Shown: positions 19,547 to 28,750, numbered from the stretch's first letter. The stretch: DNA of 64,000 nucleotides from Candidatus Latescibacterota bacterium (GCA_965208105.1 OZ242318.1:2464001-2528000), one strand, 5' to 3'. The notes: generated from the letters alone by a model not told the origin. Numbers and translations: made by a program.

Positions 19547-19771
19547 ATGACTCGTCGACGCAAGATCATAGCCGCTACCATGCTCGTTCTGGGTCTGACT
19601 TACTTCATTCCGGCAACCAACCAACCAAACAGCGCGTACTCCGTGCTCGATCCAATCTTGGTTGAACGGGCTGAGGCAGGATGGCAATTCCATAAGATCT
19701 GTCGGTCGGGTAGCTGCTGCCCTGAACAAAATGAATTCTGCTATGAAGTCGATGAAGATACGTGCTATTAA
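19547..19771 (+). CDS. Cys-rich secreted peptide / RiPP-like precursor B
   Basis: GGAGG RBS; leader 41/45 identical to precursor A; core WQFHKICRSGSCCPEQNEFCYEVDEDTCY. Confidence 0.85.
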   Translation: MTRRRKIIAATMLVLGLTYFIPATNQPNSAYSVLDPILVERAEAGWQFHKICRSGSCCPEQNEFCYEVDEDTCY

Positions 19772-19963
19772 AGTCGAGTAGAGCTGAAGTCACTACGTGT
19801 GGTCGAAAGTCTCTACCGCCGGAGATATGGCACAACCTTCCATTTTTGTTATTCCAGGGTGCACCTATTTTAATTGTTGACACCAATCGCCTTTCGATCA
19901 GGGGAAATGATGTCAACAATTTCTGGTCCCGGAACTAACGTTCACCAAGCGCAGGCGCGCCTT

Positions 19964-19997
19964 GGAGGGTCGGCATATACTGTCGACCCTCCTTTAT
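19964..19997 (+). terminator. Hairpin between peptide B and OM protein B
   Basis: GGAGGGTCGGCA/TGTCGACCCTCC followed by TTTAT. Confidence 0.55.
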
Positions 19998-20050
19998 GAG
20001 ATAGTTGCAAAATAGTGCGCGTTTTGCAAACAGACAGGATCAGTCCAGAC

Positions 20051-22981
20051 ATGCACTCTACAACCTGCTCGCGGCTTTTCCTACTCACCGTCGTTTGCTA
20101 TTCCATACCGACCCAGGCAACTCCGCCCCAGAGCGTCGAATTACCCGAGGTAATTGCCGGACGTTTCTATCTGCAGATGCCGCGGCCGGCCTATCGCAAC
20201 TTCGCCTTTCAGCCCTACACTAACTACCCAGGCCATACCATGTCGCGCTCCACCAAGTTGTACTCGGACGCACCGCAAGTCTTTTATGGAAAAATGGGGG
20301 CCTTTCTTTTCACAGGCTACGATCTCTATGCCTGGTCTGAACGACGCGAGCCTCAACCCGTGGCCGCAAAGGGTCGGCTCTACGGTAGTTCCATTTTCAG
20401 GAACCGCAGTGTATTTGAATTCGCCTTCGACAGCCTGGTTGTAGCTCGGGACAGTCAAAGTTCGTGGGGATACAGTGCGATTGTGGGGGATGCGCTGATC
20501 GCGCGGTTTACGCCGCTGACCTTGTCCAAGGTCGATTTTGATGGGGCCCGGTTTGACCTGGCCACCCCCTCGCTGCAAGCCACCTTGCTAGGTTCCCGCC
20601 TGGAGCGTCCGGGGTTTACCCTGGGACTGGCCAGGTGGCTCGTGGATGACACCGAGTTTGCGGATGATTCCCCGCTTCTCCTGGGCGGCCGCCTACAGGG
20701 AAAACTCGGCAGATTGCAACTCGGATTGACGGGCGTCAACCTTCACATGTTCCACAGCACCAGGAGCGGCAACAGCCTGAAGGGCGTGCTGCGCCCCAGC
20801 CAACCTCTCATAAGTTGGGTCCTCTTTCGATTCACCGACGACTCTCCAGCAGACGGTCGCGGCGGAGTCGTAGTCCAGGACCCCGTGCTCATTGTCAACG
20901 GGTTGCCCCGGTCTGACCTCCAAGCGCAGGTGATTCGCCATCGGGCAAATGCCCCCTCCCAGGTTGGAACCTTCTCTCAAAATACCGGTGAATTCCGCAC
21001 CACTCCCTATTACCTTTTTCGCGGCAGGGTCGGAGTTTTCAACTACACTCGTTTTTACCGGAACCGGGAAGTACCCTTGTACGCCGACTATCTCTACCGC
21101 ATCGACCACGCCCGCGGGAAGGACGTGAGCGCGGACACCAATCTGGAAGGGTTGCTCCGTCTGTTTCGGTTAGAGCCATCCAACGGGATCCTGCGGGCCG
21201 ACGGTGACGACCAGCTCGTCTACCTGTTCGATCTTTCGCAAGAGCCCTACGTCGAATCAGTGGCACTGGAGGCCCTGCTGGCCAACGACTATAAGGTAGA
21301 TGTGGCTACTTTGGTCGACGAAGACGTCCATGCCTCCAAGCGCCACACTCAGTTCAAAACGACCTATTACCACACGGCGCTGAGGGCAAGGGGCAACGTG
21401 CAGGACCGCTCCAATCTGCAACGGGTGCGACTGGAGGTCGGCGAAAACACCGCCCTGTTCACCTACAGCGCCGATGTCCACCTGAGCCTTGTGGGCATGG
21501 AAGTGCATGGAGAAGTGGCCCGCTCGCGGCGCTACTCCCGCTATCCGGCCGAAGCCGCAGAGAAACCATTTTTTGAACAAGGCCCGCGGTCCAGCGAAGA
21601 GGGAATGGCCTACTTCGTAAATGCTACTCGAAATTTTGGTCACATCCTCTTGGGGTTGGAGTACTTCTCGATGCAGCCGGATTTCACCACCGAGGTCCGC
21701 TATCATCTTCCCTTAGAGGGCCAGTTTTTTCAACGCCACGTCCAAGGTGTGAAAAATCGCACCATGTATTGGCAACTGGTCCAGGACAACGACGACGGCG
21801 ACCGCTTCACCGATACGCGCGTAGGTGACCCGTTGGATATCTCCGATGGCTCAACAATCGACTCCGACGGGGTTTTCCCGGGCCGTGACGAGGATCGCGA
21901 CGGTATCCCCGATACAAATCGCAACTTCAACGGGATACCCGACTACGAAGAACCCTTTCTCATGTTCAACGTGGAACCGAACGAGTACGTCTACGGGTTG
22001 GACCGCAACCACAACGACGAGCCGGATGTCCGCGAGGACGATCTCCGTCCCGACTACCCCTACTATCCCGACCAGCAAGGATATCATCTCTTCCTGCAGT
22101 TCGGACCCCGGTCCGGGTGGTCGGCAAGTGCAGGCCGTTACGGGGTCGAGGAGGTGGCCGGGTTTGGGCGCAATCGCTCCACCTATGCCCTGCTGACCTT
22201 CCGCGGCAGGGACACCAGGGAGCGCTGGCGCATTTTCCTTGAAAACCACTTGCGACGGGTTGAGGACGATATTGCCGATGAGTTCGCCGTTCAGGTGGAG
22301 CAACCCCAAGTGGGCGGCGACGAGGTTGCGCTCGTCTTCGTCAGTCAGATCCGGCCGGATCCCCTGTCCTACCGCGACAGCTTTGTCAACGAGACCTATC
22401 TCGAAGGGGAACTGAAGCCCTGGTCCACCCTGCGATGGGTGAACAAGTGGCGGTTGCGGGTCAACTGGCAATCGAAGAGAAACCGTCAGCGCGCCAAAAG
22501 ACTGGACTACTGGACCCTGGTCCAGCGCGCCGAGTACACTGCGACTTGGGGCAAGCTCAAGGTACGGCCGCAGTGCAAAGTCTTGCTCCTGCATCACGTG
22601 GACCAGGATGCGGACCGCCTGATTACCGGTGCCTATTCCAGCCGCACCCTGCGCTCGGAGCTCAGCCTTATCCCCATCCTGCGCATCGAGTATCCCCTTC
22701 TCCGGCGTACTACCCTGCGGCTTGGGGTGCAAGGTTGGGGACCGTTGCCCTACAAGAGACATGACCGGGTACGGAATGGCAACAATCTCGAGCGCCGCAC
22801 CGCCTTTTTCACCCTGGCCACACGCTCTTCCTACCGCGGATACGATCTTCACACTATCATCGGTATCAAAGGCGACAGCCAGGACTACGACGACCGGTTG
22901 CGGCGGGGAGAGGGGTACGATACCTGGTCGTTTTTTGTGCGGGTCTTGACCGGATTCACTGAGTTCGGACCACTCATATAG
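20051..22981 (+). CDS. Large secreted/outer-membrane protein B, paralog of 16104..19040
   Basis: Collinear over its full length, same acidic repeats and identical C-terminus. Confidence 0.8.
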   Translation: MHSTTCSRLFLLTVVCYSIPTQATPPQSVELPEVIAGRFYLQMPRPAYRNFAFQPYTNYPGHTMSRSTKLYSDAPQVFYGKMGAFLFTGYDLYAWSERREPQPVAAKGRLYGSSIFRNRSVFEFAFDSLVVARDSQSSWGYSAIVGDALIARFTPLTLSKVDFDGARFDLATPSLQATLLGSRLERPGFTLGLARWLVDDTEFADDSPLLLGGRLQGKLGRLQLGLTGVNLHMFHSTRSGNSLKGVLRPSQPLISWVLFRFTDDSPADGRGGVVVQDPVLIVNGLPRSDLQAQVIRHRANAPSQVGTFSQNTGEFRTTPYYLFRGRVGVFNYTRFYRNREVPLYADYLYRIDHARGKDVSADTNLEGLLRLFRLEPSNGILRADGDDQLVYLFDLSQEPYVESVALEALLANDYKVDVATLVDEDVHASKRHTQFKTTYYHTALRARGNVQDRSNLQRVRLEVGENTALFTYSADVHLSLVGMEVHGEVARSRRYSRYPAEAAEKPFFEQGPRSSEEGMAYFVNATRNFGHILLGLEYFSMQPDFTTEVRYHLPLEGQFFQRHVQGVKNRTMYWQLVQDNDDGDRFTDTRVGDPLDISDGSTIDSDGVFPGRDEDRDGIPDTNRNFNGIPDYEEPFLMFNVEPNEYVYGLDRNHNDEPDVREDDLRPDYPYYPDQQGYHLFLQFGPRSGWSASAGRYGVEEVAGFGRNRSTYALLTFRGRDTRERWRIFLENHLRRVEDDIADEFAVQVEQPQVGGDEVALVFVSQIRPDPLSYRDSFVNETYLEGELKPWSTLRWVNKWRLRVNWQSKRNRQRAKRLDYWTLVQRAEYTATWGKLKVRPQCKVLLLHHVDQDADRLITGAYSSRTLRSELSLIPILRIEYPLLRRTTLRLGVQGWGPLPYKRHDRVRNGNNLERRTAFFTLATRSSYRGYDLHTIIGIKGDSQDYDDRLRRGEGYDTWSFFVRVLTGFTEFGPLI

Positions 22982-23312
22982 TGGATTCAGCCGCTGCTTT
23001 TGCCAGGATGTCGCGCTCGGTGCGCAACTGCTTGATCTGGCGACACAGGCGTCGAATTTCGGCGTGTTCGGTGGTGGTCAAGCCATCGTGGCGCCGGCCG
23101 CTGTCGAGGTCGGCCTGTTTTACCCAGGTGTGGATCGTCTGAGCGGAGGGCCCGAACTCTTTGGCCAGGGAGCCTGGCGAGCGTCCGGAGCGGACCAGCT
23201 CGACCATCTGCTGGCGCTGGCGAAATTCGGGGGGATAGGGAATACGTGATTTAGGCATGGGGGGCTCCTTTTCATCAAGTGATAAAGTACCCACCAAACC
23301 GGGTCAACTCCA
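22974..23312 (-). mobile_element. IS3-family remnant, second copy (orfA 22974..23258)
   Basis: Near-identical to 19033-19365 with a 6-bp insertion; truncated at the same point. Confidence 0.85.
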
Positions 23313-23427
23313 AATGCCAAAAAGGAACCTCCAACGTCTGCTGGAGGAGACGTGCGAGCGTCGACTTTCCTGCACTTGATGCGCCGTTGATGAGAATGAT
23401 CTTGCCCTGTTCTCGATCGTTATCCAA
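23313..23427 (-). pseudogene. 5' fragment of a chloramphenicol-phosphotransferase-like P-loop kinase, cut by IS3
   Basis: TTG-DNDREQGKIILINGASSAGKSTLARLLQQTLEVPFWH, ending at the IS3 terminus. Confidence 0.7.
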
Positions 23428-23468
23428 GTGTATCAAGAATCCTATTTCAGCGTTCTTTGACCCAATTC

Positions 23469-23558
23469 ACATAACGGTTTCACGGTTTACGAACCTGCGT
23501 AGCGGGTTGCCGAAGGCCAAGGAGCGCAGCGACGAAGCGAAAACCGGACGTGTTATGT
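23469..23558 (-). other. Integron attC-like recombination site
   Basis: Minus strand ACATAAC ... GTTATGT with an internal imperfect palindrome (CGGTTT/AAACCG); 90 bp; directly after the GNAT stop and before the next gene. Confidence 0.7.
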
Positions 23559-23573
23559 GTTCGGGCGATCTCT

Positions 23574-24383
23574 TCATTCAAATTTGCCAAATGCGATCTT
23601 GTAACTGTACGGATCAATAAAGCCCAGTTTCTCTGCAACTCTAATCGAGGGCTTGTTGTCCTCCCAGCAGTCCCAGTACGGACTCAACCCCAGTCCTTTA
23701 GCTTGTCTCGCTACCTGGGCGCCAACAGTAGTAGCGATGCCTTTACCTTGATAGTCCTCTATCGTTTCGATGCCCATCCCACAGTGCTTCTCGCTCACAT
23801 ATTCCGATGTGCACCAACAGATAACTGAAGTTCCATGCAGCATTGCGAATCCAAATCCCCGCTCGAGAAAGGTATCGATGGACGGCCAGCCACCCAGAAT
23901 CTCGTCGAACACCGAGTCAAGATGACCAACTTTGCTATCAAGGAGCTGTCGATCTATTTGCCGTAGGGAAAACCCCGTTGGGACAACTGGAAAGCTGGCC
24001 GGCGACCTGTCGGAAAGGGCACAATAGATCCTCCTATCGACGTTTTGCTCGAGCGGACCGAAAACAGTGTCGATTATCGAGCTCCAGATTTCCGGTGAAT
24101 AGTGCAACTTGAAGAAACCGATTCCACGCGAGCGGCATTCAGGTGCGATCTCGGCTGAGAAGATCTCTGCAAGTTGCCTGTTCGTCTCTTCGTTGTTGGC
24201 CGCGCCAGAGAGGTGGATATTCCGGCCTTCGTTGGCTAGCACAGTGTTTGGCCTGAACGGGTCGTCTACCCACACTCTCGCCGGGGTCAGCCCCAAAATG
24301 ATACTGCTCCCAACCAGACGGAAGATCGGTGTGTCAAGGAGCGGTTGGATCGCGGCAAGATGCTCATGCTCTAGCTGTCTCAT
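23574..24383 (-). CDS. GNAT family acetyltransferase (cassette-like)
   Basis: GIETIEDYQGKGIAT, PYWDCWEDNKPSIRVAEKLGF. Confidence 0.9.
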   Translation of the reverse strand: MRQLEHEHLAAIQPLLDTPIFRLVGSSIILGLTPARVWVDDPFRPNTVLANEGRNIHLSGAANNEETNRQLAEIFSAEIAPECRSRGIGFFKLHYSPEIWSSIIDTVFGPLEQNVDRRIYCALSDRSPASFPVVPTGFSLRQIDRQLLDSKVGHLDSVFDEILGGWPSIDTFLERGFGFAMLHGTSVICWCTSEYVSEKHCGMGIETIEDYQGKGIATTVGAQVARQAKGLGLSPYWDCWEDNKPSIRVAEKLGFIDPYSYKIAFGKFE

Positions 24384-24478
24384 GGATCACAGACCTTCCG
24401 AGGTACTATGGTGACGTGACCGGAATTGTTTGGTAACCAGGGAGAGCCGATGAATGCCGTAACATCGTCGTTCCGTAA
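24380..24478 (-). pseudogene. HIT-family protein fragment
   Basis: RNDDVTAFIGSPWLPNNSGHVTIVPR; begins at an ISCR-like end. Confidence 0.5.
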
Positions 24479-24479
24479 A

Positions 24480-24683
24480 TATAGGTAAAACGAGGCGCCT
24501 TTTTGGCTCTCGCGTCAAGGCGCCGAACACACCCAAGGGGCAGGGTAAGCTTGCTGATGATCGTTTGCAGGTCGTTTGACAGGGCTCGCAGTACGGTTTG
24601 GTTGCCTGGGGGCCCCTAGCGGGTCCAATCCGGTACTCGATGAGGCCAATCAGGACGCACTTCTCCCTACGGCTCACGGCGCC
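24480..24683 (-). mobile_element. ISCR/IS91-like remnant R1 (oriIS end)
   Basis: TATAGGTAAAACGAGGCGCCTTTTTGG...ACCCAAGGGGCAGGG...; shared with seven other end-region copies. Confidence 0.8.
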
Positions 24684-26122
24684 TGCAGCGGCGCTTCGTC
24701 GCCGGTGCGTTCCTGCCAGCGTGCGATCCTCCCTCTGAGATCGCGGATGCGCTCTTGCTGGCCCGGATCGTCGAAGCGGTTTATCGCCTCGTGCGGGTCG
24801 GTATTCAGGTCGAAGAGCTCGCACTGATCCTCCGGACTCAGGTTGAGTTTCCACCGGTCGGCGGAAATCACCGTCCGCCACGGCAACCCCAGCACGCGCC
24901 TGGTCTCTTCGTCCGCCGTGGTGAAGGGCGGCCCGGGACGGTTGTGCCCGCCGTGGCACTCGATGAAGACGTCCTCCTGCTCCAGACGCTCCTCGCCGCG
25001 CAAGACAGGGACGCGGCTCTGGCCCTGCAGCCCGCCCGGAACGGCCTCTCCGAGCAGATCCAGCAGCATCGGCACCAGGTCGATCTGGCTGAAGTTCCCG
25101 CGGATTCTCCTTCCCGCTCTCTGGAGCCACGGCACTCGAATTAAAAGCGGCACTCGCACCGCCTCCTCGTAGAGCACCCCCTTGGCGAAAATACCGTGGT
25201 CGCCCATCATATCGCCGTGGTCGCTGGTGAAGACCACGATGGTGTTCTCCGCCTGGCCGCTCTCCTCCAGCGCGTCGAGGATCGCGCCCATTGCCCGGTC
25301 CACTAAAGTCACCAGCCCCAGGTACTGCGCGCGCATCCTGCGGCACCCCGCCTCGGTGCTCAGGTTCTGCCCCTCCCACTCGGCCTGCATGAAGTAGCCG
25401 GCCAGCATCCGGTTCACCAGGGAGGCATTTTCCGCCGGCTTCTGCAGAAACTGTGGTCCCACGGGAATCTCGTTCGGATCGTACATATCGTCGAAGGGTC
25501 CGATGAAGGGCATGTGCGGCTCGAGCATATTGACGTAGAACACAAACGGCCGCCGCTCGCTTTCGCGCAGCAGTTGCGCCGTCTGCTGCCCGACGAAGGT
25601 TGCCTTGGTATAGGGTTCGTCTAATTTCGCGGCGAAGGGCCGGCTGAAGACCCGGGTGTCCCCCTGGTCCACGTCGGGCTCAAAGCCGTGCTCGACGAGG
25701 AAATGGTGGTAGTCGCTCAGGCGCGAACGATATTCCGGCTTCGAAAGGTGGGCCCGATACTTGTCGTCCAGACTCACCCAGTGCTCGAAGCCGTGCTGGG
25801 GAATGACCTCGTCGCCCAGGTGCCATTTCCCTATGTACGCGCAGAAATAATCGTCGTCCACCATCTCGGCGATCGTCTTTGTATCGGGTTTGAGCGCCAT
25901 ATTGTTCGACAGGCACCCCGTGGTGTGCGGGTAGAGCCCGGTCATAATCGTCGAGCGCGAGGGCGTGCAGATGGGCTGCGTCACGTACGCGCGCTCGAAG
26001 ACAAAGCTCTCCTCGGCCAACGCGTTGAGCCTGGGCGCTTCTACGAAGTCGTTGCCGTAGCACTTCAAGGTGTCGAAGCGCTGCTCGTCGGTGAAGATGA
26101 AGAGTAGATTGGGCTTGTCCAT
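24674..26122 (-). CDS. Formylglycine-dependent sulfatase
   Basis: KPNLLFIFTDEQR, CTPSR, GKWHLG, FTSDHG, ELFDLNTDPHE. Confidence 0.95.
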   Translation of the reverse strand: MDKPNLLFIFTDEQRFDTLKCYGNDFVEAPRLNALAEESFVFERAYVTQPICTPSRSTIMTGLYPHTTGCLSNNMALKPDTKTIAEMVDDDYFCAYIGKWHLGDEVIPQHGFEHWVSLDDKYRAHLSKPEYRSRLSDYHHFLVEHGFEPDVDQGDTRVFSRPFAAKLDEPYTKATFVGQQTAQLLRESERRPFVFYVNMLEPHMPFIGPFDDMYDPNEIPVGPQFLQKPAENASLVNRMLAGYFMQAEWEGQNLSTEAGCRRMRAQYLGLVTLVDRAMGAILDALEESGQAENTIVVFTSDHGDMMGDHGIFAKGVLYEEAVRVPLLIRVPWLQRAGRRIRGNFSQIDLVPMLLDLLGEAVPGGLQGQSRVPVLRGEERLEQEDVFIECHGGHNRPGPPFTTADEETRRVLGLPWRTVISADRWKLNLSPEDQCELFDLNTDPHEAINRFDDPGQQERIRDLRGRIARWQERTGDEAPLQAP

Positions 26123-26387
26123 GATCAGTACTCCACGGAATTCGGAGGATATGAGGCAAGGGGTGGAGTCATGGGATCACTTACCGGATCACCCAAGATA
26201 GAAAATTGTGCGGATGGTATCCGACTTGCGCGGAGAGTAGATCCCATGCAAAGCGGTGAATGAACGATGGCGAATCTTAATCTCTGTCGGACCAGATCGT
26301 TCTGGTTTAGTTTTCACCGTTTGTGGTAAGCGACCAACCATCCAGCCCGTCCTCTTCATCGGGTTGGGCAACTGAAAGGAACTGAAC

Positions 26388-27572
26388 ATGACTGCAGTAG
26401 GCGAAGGGGCAAAAGGCGAACGCGGACGGGTGCGCATCACCGGCATCAAGGCTATGGAGCTCAGGAATTCTACGGGGCAAAGCCTGGTGCGGGTGGAGAC
26501 CGACGCAGGTTTGTACGGCGTCGGCGAAGCAGGAGTCGCCGGTCCTGCGTGCAGGGCGAATCTGCAATGGCTCGAAAAAGTGCTCATCGGGGCCGACCCG
26601 CTCAACATCGACAAGCTCTATCACCAGATGCTGGGGCTGCAGCATTACTATCAGGCGCATGTGCCGACAGTAAGCGGCGTCGACATTGCGCTGTGGGACC
26701 TGGCTGGAAAGATCCTCAACCAGCCCGTTAGCCAGCTGCTGACCGGCCGCTATCGCGAGCGCGTCGAGATCTATTTTAACGGGTCGCCATCCGACTGGTC
26801 AGATCGCCCTGCCGTCGACGACTGGGTAGCCGAATTCCGCGCCCATCCCCACGGCTACCGGACGTTGAAATGTAGTTTCCCGAAGCCCGACGACGCGCTC
26901 CTCTCACGGCCCTTCGAAGCGACAGCACCAAGTCAATCGCTAAAAGCGAGTGACCTCAAAGTTATACGGGATGGATTCGAGACCATGCGCGACGCCCTGG
27001 GGTGGGATCTCGACTTCATCGTTCACTGTCACAACGAATGGGACGTGCCGACGGCTATCGGCCTTAGTCAGGCGCTGGAAGAGGCGCGTCCCATCTGGAT
27101 TGAGGATCCGCTATCGGTTTGGTTCAACGACGGCTACAAGGCGCTCAGAGCGGCATCGCGCGTGCCTATCTGCACGGGGGAAAAGATTCAGGGGTACCGC
27201 GATTGCTTCCCCTTTATCGTCGATGGCGGCATCGACGTGTTACACCCCGATCTGTGCTGGTGCGGCGGCATCAGCGGCGGTCGCAAGATTGCCGAGCTGG
27301 CCGATCACTACGGCCTGCCGGTGGCGCTGCACAACTGCGGTACGCTGGTGCACAATATGGCCAACGTCCATTTCGGAGCCTGTGTGCGCAATTTCAGCAT
27401 GAGCGAAACTCGACTCTACGAACGTCGGTACATCGCCGAGATGGGGGGGCTCGATGGCTTCGATCTGATCGACGGCAAAATGGCGGTGCCCAACGGGCCG
27501 GGACTGGGTATTGAACTGGTGCCCGAAGTATTGCGCGCCGAACTCAAGGAAGGCGAGCCTTTCTGGGAATGA
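26388..27572 (+). CDS. Mandelate racemase/muconate lactonizing enzyme family (acid-sugar dehydratase-like)
   Basis: GVDIALWDLAGK, WIEDP, PICTGE, HPDL..GGIS, PNGPGLGIEL. Confidence 0.9.
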   Translation: MTAVGEGAKGERGRVRITGIKAMELRNSTGQSLVRVETDAGLYGVGEAGVAGPACRANLQWLEKVLIGADPLNIDKLYHQMLGLQHYYQAHVPTVSGVDIALWDLAGKILNQPVSQLLTGRYRERVEIYFNGSPSDWSDRPAVDDWVAEFRAHPHGYRTLKCSFPKPDDALLSRPFEATAPSQSLKASDLKVIRDGFETMRDALGWDLDFIVHCHNEWDVPTAIGLSQALEEARPIWIEDPLSVWFNDGYKALRAASRVPICTGEKIQGYRDCFPFIVDGGIDVLHPDLCWCGGISGGRKIAELADHYGLPVALHNCGTLVHNMANVHFGACVRNFSMSETRLYERRYIAEMGGLDGFDLIDGKMAVPNGPGLGIELVPEVLRAELKEGEPFWE

Positions 27573-27689
27573 GTTTCCGTCCCCTGATCTACTCGTATGA
27601 AGCCTCGGCTTGCGGCCCGGGTACGATGTTGGCGCGGTCAGCGGCATTGTGGGCCAACACTCCGTGATCAGGTTAGTAGAGCTTCCTGC

Positions 27690-28520
27690 CTAGCGGATCT
27701 CTTGCAGCCCATTGAACAGGCAGTAGTGCTGCTCAACGCCCATCGCCTCCATCCAGGCGCGTACCTCCAGAGTCTGCCATGTGCCAGATCCCTTCCCCTT
27801 GCCGCTATTGTTGTCCCACAGCCACAACGGTGTGGGCCAGATGCAGCGTCTGGCCGCGACGGCCTCGTAGAACGCTCTCTGGACGCCGTTCTGGCCGTGA
27901 TGGGCCATCTGGACGTAGTCGGACTCGAGACGATTCCCGTACGGCCCCGCCAGGAGCTTGCGTCCGGCTTCCGCCCCCAGATCGGCGGGAAAGAGGACGG
28001 ATCGGGTCTCGTCCCGCACTCGCATCACCACACTCGAGTTGTTGATCGCGTTAACGGTGATCTCCGGGTTCTTGATGCCCAGCACCTCGAAGTGCACCCC
28101 ACCGAAGGCCAGCTCCTGGCCGAGTTCGAGCTCTGTCACCCCCCGCCCCGCAGCGGCCAACGCCTCATTGAGCTGGACTGTGGTCTCCACCCCGTCCTTC
28201 TCATGGGCCTCGACCCACGCCGTCGTGTTCAGTGAGCCATAGATCCGGTCTATCTGCAGATCTCCAGGCATTCTGAGGATCTCAATCAGCGCATCGACGT
28301 GGTCGAGGTGTTGGTGTGTGATGAACCAGGCGGTGACTCGGTTGCCAAGGGCGGCGAGAAAGCCCTTCAGATACCCGGCATCCTCGGTATAGCCTCCATC
28401 GATGGCGATGACATCGCCGTGCACTGTTCGAAGGACGTAGCTGTTCATCTGTTTGGGCGTCTGTGATGGCAGTTGCCAGAGCGTGAAGGTCTCCAAGTCA
28501 AAGCTCCTTTTGGTGGTCAT
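27690..28520 (-). CDS. Metallo-beta-lactamase-fold hydrolase (ComEC/Rec2-like)
   Basis: IDGG, THQHLDH, NNSSVV, LFPAD, QMAHHG. Confidence 0.85.
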   Translation of the reverse strand: MTTKRSFDLETFTLWQLPSQTPKQMNSYVLRTVHGDVIAIDGGYTEDAGYLKGFLAALGNRVTAWFITHQHLDHVDALIEILRMPGDLQIDRIYGSLNTTAWVEAHEKDGVETTVQLNEALAAAGRGVTELELGQELAFGGVHFEVLGIKNPEITVNAINNSSVVMRVRDETRSVLFPADLGAEAGRKLLAGPYGNRLESDYVQMAHHGQNGVQRAFYEAVAARRCIWPTPLWLWDNNSGKGKGSGTWQTLEVRAWMEAMGVEQHYCLFNGLQEIR

Positions 28521-28750
28521 GCCGACCTCTTCCCGTAGATGAATTGTAGGGAATCGGCGTTGTTCGGGGGCATTCGCAGTTTATGGGTGGCGGATCTCCG
28601 GAAACGGCCGCGCAGGGCTAGCGCGGATCAAATTTTTGGCGCCTGAACGCCGTTTCTATACAGCCGCTCAAAATAGGTAGACAGACTGCGCCCACGGAGA
28701 ATCAGGCGTAGTCGAATTCAGTCTGCGGCTGGGGTCGCGCGATGCCGAAG

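Larger units (their letters stand above)
19366..23312. repeat. Tandem duplication unit 2
   Basis: Begins at the IS3 terminus with a copy of the cytochrome 3' end (CTECH changed to CTESH). Confidence 0.9.

Noticed and set aside
15717-19771. Assigning the peptides to lanthipeptide, ranthipeptide/sactipeptide or double-glycine bacteriocin classes
   Set aside because: No LanM/LanBC, radical SAM or C39 ABC transporter in the window, and the leader looks Sec-type; enzymes elsewhere in the genome cannot be excluded.
15536-23312. Diversity-generating retroelement as the source of core variation
   Set aside because: No reverse transcriptase in the window, and the differences include indels and are not adenine-specific.
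26332-26369. attC-like GACCAAC...GTTGGGC before the enolase-family gene
   Set aside because: Only ~38 bp, too short for an attC and lacking L boxes.
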